Source: Octopus sinensis
Taxonomy: Eukaryota
Assembly: GCF_006345805.1 (NCBI RefSeq)
Contig: NC_043011.1
Location: 26,424,464 to 26,488,463 of the forward strand
Reading direction: 5' to 3'
DNA length: 64,000 nt
Shown here: piece after piece, positions 50,101 through 62,688 of the stretch
Layout: each line of letters opens with the position of its first letter
Position numbering within the stretch: position 1 is the first letter of the stretch
Translations under genes and position numbers: made by a program
Notes under the pieces: generated by a model
The model's input: only the letters and a program-made list of their open reading frames with translations
What the model was told of the DNA's origin: nothing
Database searches by the model: none

Positions 50101-51905
50101 TTTTCTCAAAAATACTAAGAATAAAAGATGTTTTATATGACACATTCTACCAGTGTCCGAAGTTTGAAAGTGTTTAGTTACAAAAAATTATTTTTTAAAT
50201 CTATCGGTCAAAAAGTAAAGATCCCAGTGATGACAACAACAAAGCTGATAATGATAATGATGACAAAATGCTGACAAGGCCAACACCAATGATGATGATG
50301 ATAAGACTTGGTTTCTCTCTTACTGCTGGATGAATTTCCATTATCCAGTGCCTTAACAAGGAATTAGAAAGAATTTAAGCAAGGCAAACCAAAAATATAA
50401 ATGACAGTTGTGACAAGATTTGAACTGATAAGCTTGTGGTCAGTGTATTTGTATTTGTGTGCTTTATGTATGTACATATTGGTGTCTCTGTATATAAGCA
50501 GATGTGTGTAAAAACATACTCTGTCTTCAATCTGCAAATTAATTACACTAACCTCAAATATTCGACCTTCTCTAAATTTTCCTTTCCAAAGAACTATACC
50601 CAACTATTAAGAGTAAAAAAAATATCTCTGCTATGAAAAGATCACAGTGCTGGTCACAGGATAAGGACAGTTCACCATTTGGCCAGAAAATAATGGCACC
50701 ATATCATCTCAACCAGCTGCAACAGGCATGTATTTATAATTTAGAAAAAAAATAACTAAAATATACAAACACATCTTCTCTTGCTTCCCCCACAAAAAAT
50801 AAACTCTTAACTTCATTTCTTCAACACATCATATATTGACTATGTACACACTTGAACATATCTGAGCTTGTAAGGTGTATTTGAAACTACTTATAATTGA
50901 GAGCATTGTCAACAGAAGACCAGTTATTCCAAGCTGGTTCCTTACTAATGTCAATGTAAAAATGACACTTGGGTTTCTTGATCTAATTGAGCAAACATGT
51001 AGCTAAGAAGACTTTTAAAATATTATCAAGCTTCAGTTTGACAATTTTTATCTATGGTTCATCATAGCTGCCGAAAAAAATTATTTTTATCTTTTTTCAG
51101 TTCCAGAGCCAGCAAATTTAGGTTCTTTATGCAGATTTGTTGGTGTTATTTGCAACTGACTTGCCCAGTTGGGTCATTTTGTTTACTTACAATCTTCCTT
51201 GGGACAAACTTATAAATATAACCATTTTGAGCACTATGAATAAGAGAAATGCAAGTATACCTTGAATTATGTCATTTCAACTTCTGTCTTTTCCAGGAGA
51301 AAATAAAACTCAACTTCAGTTGATTTATCTGACTTTATATCAGTCTCAGCAAACAAATTTAAAGGCATATAATATTTTTTTTAAAACCCTGGAAACTGAT
51401 GTGGAAGAGGAAAATCAAATAAAATAGACTTTTTTAAAATAAATTTCAATGAATTTTTAATGCACTTTTCAAATTACATCATTTTTCAAGTTAAGTCGCA
51501 TATTTTGGAATCAATTACTGATGTAAGACAAGGTATTCTTGTATAGTTTATTTATTTTATTTATTAAGTTGTGATATGGCTGTATAGTTTAATTATATAT
51601 GAAAAATATCAAGAAGCTTGAATAGCTTTATGGAGATTAGGAAACAGAAATAGAAAGTTGTAATGTTATGGCTTTTACTTAAAGCATCAACAACATAAGT
51701 TTTATTGATATGAAATTGTAGTTATAAGGATTTTAAAATGAAATCTTATCTACAAACCAGAATTTCAGCACTACAATTTTTATGTCTTTTATCTTTTATT
51801 TCTTACTCGTTTCAGTTATTGGATTGTGGCCATGCTGGTGCACCTCTTTGGGGGGTTTTAGTTGAACAAGTCAACCCCAGTGCTTATTTTTGAGCCTAGT
51901 ATTTA

Positions 51906-52943
51906 CAAGGGTGGGCTGAAAAGTTTGTAGGCTGACAAAGAAAGAGTGATGCTTGAGCTGTGGAATCTTGCATACATTAATTTCAACTATTCTTTTAAAA
52001 GTGGACAGCTGAATTTAGGAGGGAAAGGGAGAGCCTTGAATATGACCCAAAGTTTGGACACCCTGCAGCTGTCACCATCAAGGAAAACCTTGATCATGTT
52101 CACCACATGGTGATGGATGTTAGGTGATTGACTATAAATCAAATAGCCAATTTTCTTAGCATATCCCATAATTGAGTTGAGAATATTTTGCACAATGAAT
52201 TCGGCACGACAAAGGTTTCTTCTTGGTGGGTGCCAAATCTGACACCTAATCAAAAGGACACCAGGCTGATCACATCACAGGTAAATCTGACATTGTTTGA
52301 AGCAGATCCAGCTGGTTTTCTTGGATATTTCCTAACCCACGATGAGTGGTTAGGTTCATCACTTTGAGCCAGAGACAAAGACACAATCCATGCAGTAGAA
52401 ACACCTCTTCTCACCTGCTCCAAAGAAGGCCCAGGTCATTTCATCTGCAGGGAAAGTGATGGGCTCAGTTTTGGGAGATGCGAAAGGCATTATGCTTATA
52501 GACTGCCACACTATCAATGAAGAGCACTAAGCCAACATGCTGAAGCAATTATGAAAGGCTATCGAGACCAAACAAGCAGCCAGGAAAACTGACAAAATGG
52601 GGCTTGTTTCATCAGGACAATGCACCAGCACACAAGTCCTTGGTTTCAATGGCTGCTGTGTGTGACTGTGGCTTTCAACTGGTTGATCACCTCCTTACTC
52701 TCCTGATTTGGCCTCATCTAACTATCATGTTCCTGAACATGAAAAAACACTTGGCTGGGAAACAGTATTGCAGTGATGATGTCATATTATCTGCTGTTGA
52801 TGACTTTAGGATGAAAGCTCCTTCCCCAATGGAATCCAAGCACTGCAACACCAATGGAAGAAGTGTGGGGACTGCAAAGGGGACTATGTTGAAAAATAAA
52901 CCTTATATTTCAGTCAACCTATGAACTTTTCAGCCAATCCTTA
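51906..52943 (+). mobile_element. Near-full-length decayed mariner transposon
   Basis: Imperfect TIRs (caagggtgggctgaaaagtttgtaggctgac / gtcaacctatgaacttttcagccaatcct) in TA context; remnants of WVP, VHHFEPETK.QSMQ, FHQDNAPAHKS and SPDLA motifs; many stops. Confidence 0.85.
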
Positions 52944-53171
52944 TATATATACTGGATGGCTCAAAACTAGGTTTACACTTATCATGTAGGCACTTTAAAT
53001 TTCTTTTAAAACATTTTATTACATTTAAATTTCTATCTTACAATCAACTAAGTTAGAATAGAATAATGGTTTCATATTTTTGTTATAATTAAGATCTAAA
53101 CTGTTAATGTATGAATGCGAAAGAGATAGTTGAATAACTGTAAACCTAATTTTGGGCCACCCTATGTATAT

Positions 53172-53250
<79 letters not shown>

Positions 53251-53706
53251 ATATAAGAGAGACAGAGACAGGCAGACCAAGGAAAATGCCACTTGTATTT
53301 GAACAGTATACAAATATTCTTTTAAAAAAACTTTTCTTTTAATTTTTCTAAATTTAATTATTTAATTGTTACAGTTGAAAAAGTCTCAATGACTGAAACC
53401 GGTACTGAAATGTATTTTATAAAATTATTTTAGCATTTTCTATCTTGACTTTTTTTTTCATATATATCAACTCGTGTGTTCCTTTCCATCCTTATATATA
53501 TATATATATATATATAATAATAAATATTAGGGAATAAATCCAAATTTACAGGGAAAAATCAGATTTAGGATTGAATCCAATTTTATAGTAAAATATTATA
53601 TTATATTAAATTAGAGACAAAACCACTATTATGCAAATCAAACAAAGAAAGACTTAAGCCAATACATATAATAATTTATATAAATTAAAATTTAACAATT
53701 ATAAAT

Positions 53707-53760
53707 AACCACTACGACCGTTTCGTGTCAGCACATCTTTGAGACATTCTTCAGGTGGTT
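53707..53760 (-). ncRNA. Type-I hammerhead ribozyme fold
   Basis: Minus strand AACCAC-CTGAAGA-ATGTC(13 nt)GACAC-GAA-ACGGTCGT-A-GTGGTT: 6-bp stem I, intact core, GUA triplet, A.C at the base of stem II. Confidence 0.7.
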
Positions 53761-54160
53761 TCAAAACCTAAAATATAATCAATATTTTTAAGATATAAAT
53801 AATCTATATAATCTAAATAAAAATTTACTTATAATAAACTCTATTATTAAATATGATTATATCGAAATCGACTATAATGTTAAATATTAACTTTAATTTA
53901 TAAGGTAGAAATCCATATTCTAATATCCATTTTAGTCTATATCTACTTATATAGATATTTGAAATGACTAATATATATAAATTATCAATGAAAATATATA
54001 TAAATATTATAATCAAGATCTAAAATAAACTCTATAAACAATTGTATATAATGAAAACCTAATATATTTAATTTCTCATATTTAAAGATGAAATAGCTAA
54101 TTTCAAAAAACAAAAAATATATATACACATGCTCATGCACATATATACATGTATGTATAT

Positions 54161-54740
54161 AAACATATCTAAATACGTACACAAACCCACACATACATAT
54201 ATATATCTATACATACACATATACATATAGACACAGATATATTTATAATGCAGCCCTATACTTCTACACATTACTTATGCATACTCACACACACACACAT
54301 ACAATCACTCATTCATAAACATATACTCTCAGCAATACACTAACACAGAGGAGAAATAACATCCAGTAGCCGCAGATACTCAACCACATACTTATAGAAA
54401 TATTTCATTCTTATTAAAATAGTATTAAATACTATATACTATATGTATGTAATAAACATATATAAATACGTAAACAAACACACACACACATATATATCTA
54501 TACATACACAAATACATTTAGACACGGATATGTTTTAAATGCAACCCTATATTTCTACACATTAATTATGCATACTCGCACACACACACATACAATCACT
54601 CATACATAAACGTATGCACACTGCAATACACTAACACAGAGGAGAAACAACATCCAATAGCCACAGATACTCAGCCACATACTTATAGGAATATTCCTTA
54701 CTTAGTAATATAGTATTAAAAAATACTATAAATACTATAA
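54161..54740. repeat. Diverged tandem duplication, unit about 293 bp x 2
   Basis: Units start at 54161 and 54454 (aaacata..taaatacgta...gcaatacactaacacagaggagaaa). Confidence 0.85.
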
Positions 54741-54793
54741 ACAAAATTATGAATGGGAAAATTATCTAATATAAATTATGTTACTCTAATTTA

Positions 54794-54849
<56 letters not shown>

Positions 54850-55620
54850 ATAAAAAAAACATATATCAGAAAGAAGCACACACTAACAAACAGAGCAGTA
54901 ATTATTACAACAAAATTTTATGTGCAGTTACCCAAGGTTTCATGTGTGTATGTATGTAATGTATATGAGGAACTATGAAAAATGCAGGATGCAGAATAGC
55001 TTATTTTTTCCCTATGAATGTTTCCCCATTACAGTTATTTGCATCCTCTGCAGTTGATGTTTCATGTGCAATTGGATGCTGAACCACATCAGTTCATCCA
55101 GGAAATACTTTATTGCATTATGTTACACATATATTTAATCATAACTCCTAGATTTGATCTGTAAATGGTAACCTGCAATACTGCTTCGTACAGTAACAAC
55201 CACTCCAATATACAGGAAGTAGACTGGATTATGGCACTCTGCAAAAGCTCTAAACTCACCAGCAACACTCATCCAACTGTTCACACAAGATATATCATCA
55301 TTATCACCATCATCATTATCATCATAATCGTCGGTGTCGTCATCGCCACCACCGCCATTGCCATTGTCATAGTTGCCATCATCGTCATCATCAGCATTGT
55401 CAGCAACATCATTATTCGTCAGTGTCATCATCACTGTCATCGTCATCCACTATTCCCAAGTTTGCATGGGTCGGACGAAAGTTGCTGAGACAGATTTTCA
55501 ATGGTTAAATGTCCTTCCTGTCACCAACCCTCACCTGTGTCCAAGCAAGGCAACGTTCCCTTTAATCAGAAAATGCTATAACTATCACATGAAGTCAAGG
55601 AGCAAGTAACACACACACAC

Positions 55621-55653
<33 letters not shown>

Positions 55654-57559
55654 AATGTAAGATCCAAGGATCCAGGCCAGCTGTAGAAAGTTAGTAAGCT
55701 TCAAGCAGTCCATAGAAGATATAAAAAGTAACTTTCAGGAACAATAGTAGTTTATTGGCATAGAAGATTGTAAATTTTTCCCAAACTGAAGTTCAATAAG
55801 CTTATCAAACTTCAATATAGGCAAAATTCACAACCCTCTGTACCAATACACTATTAGTGTTCCTAAAAGTTGTAAACACCACCAGATTGTATTCATTAAT
55901 TTAGATTGCTTTTTTTCTTTTTTTACTGTACTGTATTAAAAAATTAAAATTATTTGTTTGTAAGCACTTAAAATAGGTTTTTATTAACCATGTGTGATTG
56001 AAAATGCATTCCTAAATAAAGTACAGAACTAGGAATAGTTATTATTGGTTTAACCTAGAGACAAGTTAATTTGACGTAAGTCATGTCTACTGGAACCAAT
56101 TAATGATGTATGCCTGTATGAATATATATCACCATGATCACCATGACCGACCAGGCTATCAGATGTTGCTACACATCGCTGGTCACAATGCGCTTCGCAT
56201 TGTTTTAGCCTTCAAATAACGCCACCCTGCTGGCTAAGCGAGCAGGCCAACAGAAGAAAGAGTGAGAGAAAGTTGAGGCGAAAGAGTACAGCAGAGATCA
56301 CCACCACCCCCTGCTAGAGCTTCGTGGAGCTTTAGGTGTTTTCACTCAATAAACACTCGCAACGCCCGGTCTAGGAATCGAAACCGCGATCCTACGACCG
56401 CGAGTCCGCTGCCCTAACCACTGGGCCATTGCGCCTCCACATATATATATATATATATATATACAGTCTTCTCTCAGTTTCCACCCACCAAGGATTTGGT
56501 TGGCCTGGGGCTGTAGTAGAAGATACTTACCCAAGATGCCATGGAGTGGGATTGAATCAGAATCAGAGACCCTGTGATTGAGAAACAAACTGCTTACCAC
56601 ACAGCCATGCCTGTGCCTACATTAACATAGGCAATTGAACACTTGACAAATGTTGAAGATGAAGCATGGACTCGGTTTGAAGAGACTAAAATGAAATGGC
56701 AAGTATTAAAAATTTAGATATTCATATGAATTGCATAAAAGAGTAAAATAGCTATGAAATGCAGTTGAAGTTAAGGGCTGGATATCAAGCCACTTGGTCA
56801 AGCCTTAGTACAGCCATTGAGGTATGTTGCTGTACAAAGCATTTAACTTTGTCTTAGTCTTTTTATCTTGTATCTCTTACCTTGGTTCAGTCATTAGACT
56901 GTGGCCATGCTGGGGCACTGCTTTGAAGAAATTTTAGTTGAATGAATCAACCCCAGTACATTTTTCTTTTTAAGCCTGGTACTTATTCTATCGCTCTCTT
57001 TTGCAGAACCACTAAGTTATAGGGACGTAAACACAACAACAGTGGTTGACAAGTAGTGGTGGGGGACAAACTCAAAGAAACACACACACACACACACATA
57101 TACATACATACACAATGGGCTTCATTCAGTTTCTGTTAGCCAAATCTACTCACAAAGGATTTTGTCAGCCCAAGGTTATAGCAGAGGACTCCTACCTAAG
57201 GTGCTACAGTGGGACTGAACCTGGAACCATATGGTTGGGGAAGCAAGCTTCTTACCACACTGTCACATCTGCGCCTATTGGTCTATGTGACTAATTACTT
57301 ATTCTGCTCCTACCCCACAACTGAGTGGTAGGAAGAACATCAGTACATACACGCACGCATGCATGCACATACACACACACACACACACATTAAATACTTT
57401 GAAAGCTCAAATTATTATTTTGCCTGTCTTCCATAGTTAACTTCTACTGTTTAAAGAAGAAAAGAAAAGCACTCTGGCCTTTTTTTTTTTTTTTACTAAA
57501 TTAAAAATAAAGAGATAAAATAAAAAATAAATAAGTAAACATAATAAATAAATAAATCT

Positions 57560-57808
57560 TTACCGAACCACCTGAGGCAGATTTAACAAAACCACAGGTG
57601 AGTCAAGGCATACAGGACACCTGATCACATTAGCAATCTTTGTTCCACATTCATTCTGTGAAATTTGTTGACACACTGGGTGTTGTATGTTGGCTTCTGC
57701 AAGCACTCAGCAGAACAACTTTTGAATTATATACTGTTTAACTGTGTTTCACTGTCACATTTATAAATTAGCTCTCCATCACCACAAAACACCAGAAGAC
57801 TGATACAA
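57560..57808 (+). other. Two candidate 5'-UTR exons (about 57560-57597 and 57772-57808) of the secreted-protein gene
   Basis: Consensus donors CAG|GTGAGT (57598) and CAA|GTAAGT (57809); acceptor ...tttataaattag at 57771; no ATG in frame. Confidence 0.35.
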
Positions 57809-58269
57809 GTAAGTTGAAATCTTAACAGTTTTATCCTTTCTTGAAAAGACCATTTTCTCGTTTGCTTTGTATTTAAAATTTTTATTTTATATTTCTAAAG
57901 ATTTCTTTAGAAATTATATGGAATTTAGAAAATAAATCATTGTGATTCTAGTTCTTAATTATATATATATAGTATAAAGGTAGTTTGATACCATTTTAAT
58001 TCATTTACAATTTTATTAACTAATACAAATGAAAAACATGGCAAAGAAATAGTTTAGGTTATATTACTAGAAATTTGGAAAATAGAACAAGATACTATAC
58101 TGATGTCAAATTTTGGCACAAGGCCAGCAATTTCAGGGAAGCGGGTAATTCAATTACATCAATCTCAGAGTTCAACTGGTACTTATTTTATCAACCCCCT
58201 GGTTTTTAACTTCATTTGGCTTTTCAGTTTTCCTATCAGCAACTGTTATTCTTGCAACTCTTACTAAAC

Positions 58270-59050
58270 TTCCTTCACTATTACCAACATAGAAGACTAT
58301 ATCTTCTGTAGGTAACTTCACAGTCTGCTACTAATGTTAAACCTCTATCATCTTCCTCTCTAGGTAAATATAGTCTTGCTATTCCCGTTCTTGGATGAAG
58401 TCCTCTATTCTTATTGAATTCCTTCCTAATTCTACCGTCTAGATTTGCTAATTCAAATTCAGTCCACTCTACAAAAGCTGCTGAATATCTAAGTAACGAT
58501 GCTGCCCAAGTATTTACAGTTTTCACTAGATTCGGGCCATCCAGCTTTGATTTCATTAACTCCCTCACCCATCTAATATACACCTTCTCAATTTTTGCTT
58601 TCATTTCTATAGTTAGTACTCTGTCAGATTTTAATACCTCTAGAGATACTTATAGCTTTCTCCTTCTTTCAGTGATTTTAATGTATAGCTATCTGGTAAT
58701 TGAATGCTTTCACTGCTGATTACCTGTCCCTTTTTTATGACTTGCGTCACCTGAATAGAGATCTACTTTCCATTTCTTCAGGCAATAGCTAATTGACTCT
58801 CTTATATTGTCTGCGATTTTGAAAATATTCAATCATCCACTTATTCATGAGTGTAGAATCATGTCATAGGCCTTCTTATAATCTATCCATGCTATTGCTA
58901 AATTTTTCATTCTAGATTTCACTTCTTTTAGGACTATTTTGTCTATGTCTAAAAGGTCGTGCCTTCTTCCTACTGCCTTTTTGTTCTTCTGGCAGCAAAT
59001 TCTGGCTGTCAAGGTGCTCATAAATGCTTTCTGAGAGCATTCCTGTTAAC
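58270..59050 (-). mobile_element. Decayed R4/Dong-type non-LTR reverse transcriptase fragment
   Basis: AWIDYKKAYDMI.HS near 58850 and KLDGPNLVKTVNTWAASLLRYSAAFVEWT...GLHPRTGIARLYLPREE..RGL (ORF 58281..58604). Confidence 0.8.
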
Positions 59051-60344
59051 AGCTTTTACACCAATGGTAAGCACATAATTGGTCTATAATTACTAGCTAA
59101 GTTGGATGGTCTGACAGGAGCTGGCCAACTGGAGAGCTGCCCAGGTTTTATTTATCTTTTTTGGCATGGTTTTGATGGCTGGATGCCCTTCCTAATGCCA
59201 ACCACTTTACAGAGTGTGCTGGGTGCATTTACATGGCACTGGCATGGGTGCTTTTACGTGACATCAGCACCTATGAGCCTGCAGGACTAGGGTCTCTCAG
59301 CTGAGAAAGGAATGTAGAGGACAGGCCTGTATGTATGGACACCGACGATTTTACTTCAAACGAACAAGACAAGAGATGGATGACACTAATAGGCTAGCAG
59401 TTTAGCTTTAGAGAAGATGTTCAAGCCTTGCTGATGACATGTTTTCTTACCCAAGTGCTAGACATTATTCCACCGGTATATGATGGAGAACAAGTCACTA
59501 GGACATTCAGCTCTGAAGAACCTATACTGAGCATAAAAAGAGGTTCAATATATAGCCAGCCGCTCTATTATTTCAGGTGTAATGTATTCAAGACTACATT
59601 ATCCAGTATGTCCTACAACTTTTTTAAATAGTTGGATATGATTTAAAAGAGATTTGACTGTTATTTCTAGTAACTCAAGCAACTATTTAGACGTTTAGGT
59701 GTTTGTGGCCATTTTTATTGTCTTTGAGATATTAAAAATATGGATGATAGGATGGCAGTTGGGAATGGAACACACTTTAACATGTTTCCATAGATTGGAA
59801 TTGACCCCTGTAGAAACAGAAAGCTTGCAAAGTTTGGTGAGGTTAGATCCTAGTTCTGGAGGACTATAATGGAAGAGAAACTGCTAGAAGTGGATTATTG
59901 GTATGTTATAATTTTAACTGTTTTGCTAACATGAGTTGGATGGGTTTCTATAAAAACATTACTCATTTTGCTCCATTTTCCATCTTATCAATAAAGGTTA
60001 CGACATCATCACGTCTTCTATTGTCATACTCAATCATCTTTTGTTTTATATATACCTTCCTAAGTCAGCTCGTGACATTTTTTTTTATCCAATAACTACT
60101 TTCCTTTTGTGCATCCATAACATGTATAGTTCATTCATGCAACCACATAACTCTCCCACACTTGCCAATACATCAAATTCCAATTGGTCTCTCAGTTCCT
60201 TGTTGATCTGTATTTTGTGAAAGTAAACAACACATTCAATCTACATTTACTTTTACTATTTTATTGAGTGTGTGTGTGTGTGTGAGTGTATTATACATAC
60301 ATATAAATATATATGTATAATATCTATCTATCAATCTATCTATC

Positions 60345-60379
<35 letters not shown>

Positions 60380-60511
60380 TATATATATGTATAATATCTA
60401 TCTATCTATCTATATATATATATAAAAATTTAAAATGAGGCTGAAAAACTGGATATTAATTAAATTAAAATCAATTTAAAACCAGTGGTCTAGCATATTC
60501 AAATCTGAAGG

Positions 60512-60776
60512 TTCAGTAAATTGTATTACATACATATGAGAAGGATGACCACTATGTGGACAACCCTTATGCTAGAAGTAGATCCGCTATGGTCTTACCA
60601 TAGATTAATCTATATTTTTGTTACTTTTCTTTTGTCTTGCTCGCTTACGTTCTGGTGTTTGCTAAATTTTCTTGAGAACATTTCTTAGTGGTAAGACTAT
60701 GCGGATCTACTTCTAGCATAAGGGTTGTCCACATAGTGGACATCCTTCTCATATGTATGTAATACAATTTACTGAA
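60512..60776. repeat. Inverted repeat: about 88-bp arms, 88-nt spacer
   Basis: 60512-60600 versus 60689-60776; bounded by (AT)n on the right and by a short lead-in then (AT)n on the left. Confidence 0.92.
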
Positions 60777-60815
60777 TATATATATATTCTTTTTGTTCCA
60801 GATAATTCTAACATA

Positions 60816-61149
60816 ATGTGGACTCTAGGAATCATTACAATAACACTCATCTCACACACGCTATCTGTTGGTGAAGATTATTTTGGCTATGGCAATCAAG
60901 ACCCCCAATATGATGGCTGGAATGACAATGGTTTGTGGAATTATGGTGGCAGAAATAACTCTTATTCTCCAATGGTTGCACGTCAGAAATCTTTCCGGCA
61001 ATATCCCAGTTATCCACGACAGGGTTCATTCTTTGGAGATTTCTCTTTAAATGGTGAGTGGGGCTATTTTAGATTATGGAAGCAGCCTGAACATGCAGCT
61101 CAACACAAGTCTTATGAGCCTCAATATCATGGACATAACTTTTTTGAAG
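60816..61149 (+). CDS. Coding exon of an unrecognised, probably secreted Tyr/Gly/Phe/Trp-rich protein (MWTLGIITITLISHTLSVG-EDYFGYGNQDPQYDGWNDNG...HGHNFFE)
   Basis: Acceptor ttctttttgttccag at 60801, ATG 14 nt into the exon, 111 open codons, signal-peptide-like first 19 aa, donor G|GTAAAC at 61150. Confidence 0.7.
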
Positions 61150-61227
61150 GTAAACAGAAAAATCAATCAATCAATCTATCAATCAATTAATCAATCTATC
61201 AATCAATCAGCTGACATTTATTTATAT

Positions 61228-61481
61228 CAGTGGTTCTCAACCAGGTTCCATATGGCACTTGGGGTTCCATATAAGATTTTGGTGTTAAAATTTATGTGCT
61301 ATAAATTGCTTATATTTCTATGATACACAAATTATTTTGGCAATTTTTTTATACATATCCAAATAATATTTAGTTATAAAAATATAATAGGATTTTTTAA
61401 ACGTTGAATGGCTAAGAGGATCCATCTGAGTAAAATGGGAATTAAAGGGGTCAAAAGGTAAAAAATGGTTGAGAAGCACTG
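61228..61481. mobile_element. hAT-like MITE
   Basis: TIR cagtggttctcaacc/ggttgagaagcactg; 8-bp TSD atttatat/atttagat (7 of 8). Confidence 0.75.
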
Positions 61482-62688
61482 ATTTAGATCATTAATTATT
61501 TTATTTATTTATATCTAAGGTACAGTTGTGATTAAATGAATGTGTGTGCGAATGAATGTGGGTATCCATGTGCGTGTGTATGCATGTGTGTGTGTATGCA
61601 TGTGTGTATATATGCATGTGTGTGTGTTCATGTGTGTGTTTTTTTTATTGCCCACAAGGAGCTAAACATAGAGGGGACATACAAGGACAGACAAATGGAT
61701 TAAGTCGATTACATTGACCCCAGTGCGTAACTGGTACTAAATTTATCGACCCTGAAAGGATGAAAGGCAAGGTCGACCTTAGCGGAATTTGAACTCAGAA
61801 CATAACAGCAGATGAAATACCGCTAAGCATTTCGCCCGGCATGCTAACGTTTCTGCCAGCTCATCGCCTTCATGTGTTAATGTGTGTATATGTATGTGTG
61901 TGTGCATGTGTGTAAGCATATGAGTGTATTTGTGTGCAAGTATCCATGTGAGTGTGTGTATGCATGTGTCTGTGTGTGTATATGAGTGTGTGTATGCATG
62001 TGAGTATGTGTGTACGTGTGTGTGTTTGTGTGTGTGTGTGCATGTGTTTGTATGTTTGTGTATGTTTGTGCATACCCTTGTCTTGACGTCGTGGTCATAA
62101 ACAAACATTGCCATCATGCAACCAATGTTGTTCATTTCCAGTCTTCTACGAAAAACGCGTTTGGCCATGGGAAAATATTGCCTTACCTGAAAACAGGTGA
62201 TGACACCTGACAACTGGAATGGCAACCAGTTGTCGAAAATCTGTCTCGACAAATTCTGTCTGACCCATACAAGCATAGAAAAGTGGATGTTAAATGAAGA
62301 TGATGATGATGATGATGATCACAGATGTGTTAATTAGAATTAATTTACCTTTCATTAGCAGAAGTATGTACTGCAATAGAGTATTAACCCTTTCAGCTTC
62401 AGCAGGAATGGGCAGAGGTCAAACAAGTTCAGTGACATTCATTCCATTTCCCACCAACAAATTTAATCCTAAAGCCAACAAGGGAACTTCTATGTGGTCA
62501 ATCAGCTAGAAATAACAACCAAATCACCCTCAAATCACAATTTATTGTCTTAAAAAAAAAGAAGAAAACATATTGTCTAAATAATACAGTCCTGCATACA
62601 TCATTCTACATCTTTCTTTCTATGTTTCTTAAAATGATGACTTCTCTTCTATTTTTACATTTCTGATATCATTTTTCTATGATACCAG

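Larger units (their letters stand above)
53517..54796 (-). mobile_element. AT-rich Penelope-like/retrozyme-like remnant between (AT)n tracts
   Basis: Contains the 53707 hammerhead; its terminal sequence (ccaaatttacagggaaaaatc) recurs at about 47455-47560; no intact ORF. Confidence 0.5.

Noticed and set aside
56631-56821. Plus-strand exon-like pair AIEHLTNVEDEAWTRFEETKMKWQ / LKLRAGYQATWSSLSTAIE
   Set aside because: The 62-nt intron lacks a pyrimidine tract; no start codon or linking exon; unrecognised.
57560-57700. Minus-strand frame containing IRCPVCLDSP (RING-finger-like start)
   Set aside because: Weak acceptor, no CxH/CxxC continuation exon found, and plus-strand splice signals explain the region better.
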